Positions 63,680-64,000 of a stretch of 64,000 nucleotides of DNA are shown piece after piece. The notes under the pieces are model-generated. The model did not search any database. It saw only the letters and a program-made list of their open reading frames with translations, and was not told the origin of the DNA. Position 1 is the first letter of the stretch. Every line of letters begins with the position of its first letter. This DNA comes from Felis catus (Eukaryota): positions 109,184,001 through 109,248,000 of the forward strand of contig NC_058373.1 in assembly GCF_018350175.1 (NCBI RefSeq), written 5' to 3'. Made by a program: the position numbers and the translations under genes.

Positions 63680-64000
63680 TCCTGACTCTTGCTTTCTCTC
63701 ATATTTTGTGGGTCTTAACATTTGTCCAGAGTCTAACCGATTCTAACTACCACTGCCATCATCTTGCACCTTGACTATTACCCTATCTGCCCTCTTCCAT
63801 CCTTTATCTCTTGCAGTCTGTTTTCCACACAGCCATCAGATTGATCTTTATAAAACATAAGACAAATCATGCCACTCTTTGGCCCCAAACCCTCAAAAGC
63901 CTTCCCATCTGACTTGGAAAAAAAGTCTCTAATTTGACCTATCAGGTCCTGTGTGGTTTGGCTGCCCCCTCACTCCCAACCTGCTTCCCTCTTCCAGCCA
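63680..64000 (+). mobile_element. L2 relic running off the window
   Basis: ccactgccatcatcttgcacc ... tctgttttccacacagccatcaga ... atcatgccactc. Confidence 0.7.

Overview
AT-rich, repeat-dense mammalian non-coding DNA, almost certainly from a felid. The evidence is about 25 tRNA-derived carnivore SINEs, including young CpG-rich SINEC_Fc-type copies, plus L1_Fc-type 3' ends. I found no credible protein-coding exon of a resident gene. Nearly all ORFs in the track come from SINE, L1 or microsatellite sequence or are chance ORFs. The one cellular-gene-derived segment is a 5'-truncated, intronless retrocopy of the 3' end of HERC5 (C-lobe of the HECT domain of the ISG15 E3 ligase) at ~15345-15698 on the minus strand. 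It keeps an open frame and the catalytic Cys, and has an ATTAAA signal and a degenerate target-site duplication (TSD). The rest is layered transposon history: old L1M fragments mostly on the + strand, a twin-primed 5'-inverted carnivore L1 with a perfect 17-bp TSD, a near full-length HAL1, a Kanga/Tc2-type DNA transposon, MaLR and ERVL-type solo LTRs, and L2, MIR and CR1 relics. SINE oddities include two insertions at one target and close inverted pairs. I do not see a new multi-gene biological system. Repeat subfamily names and protein comparisons are from memory and need RepeatMasker/BLAST confirmation. Boundaries of old repeats are approximate.
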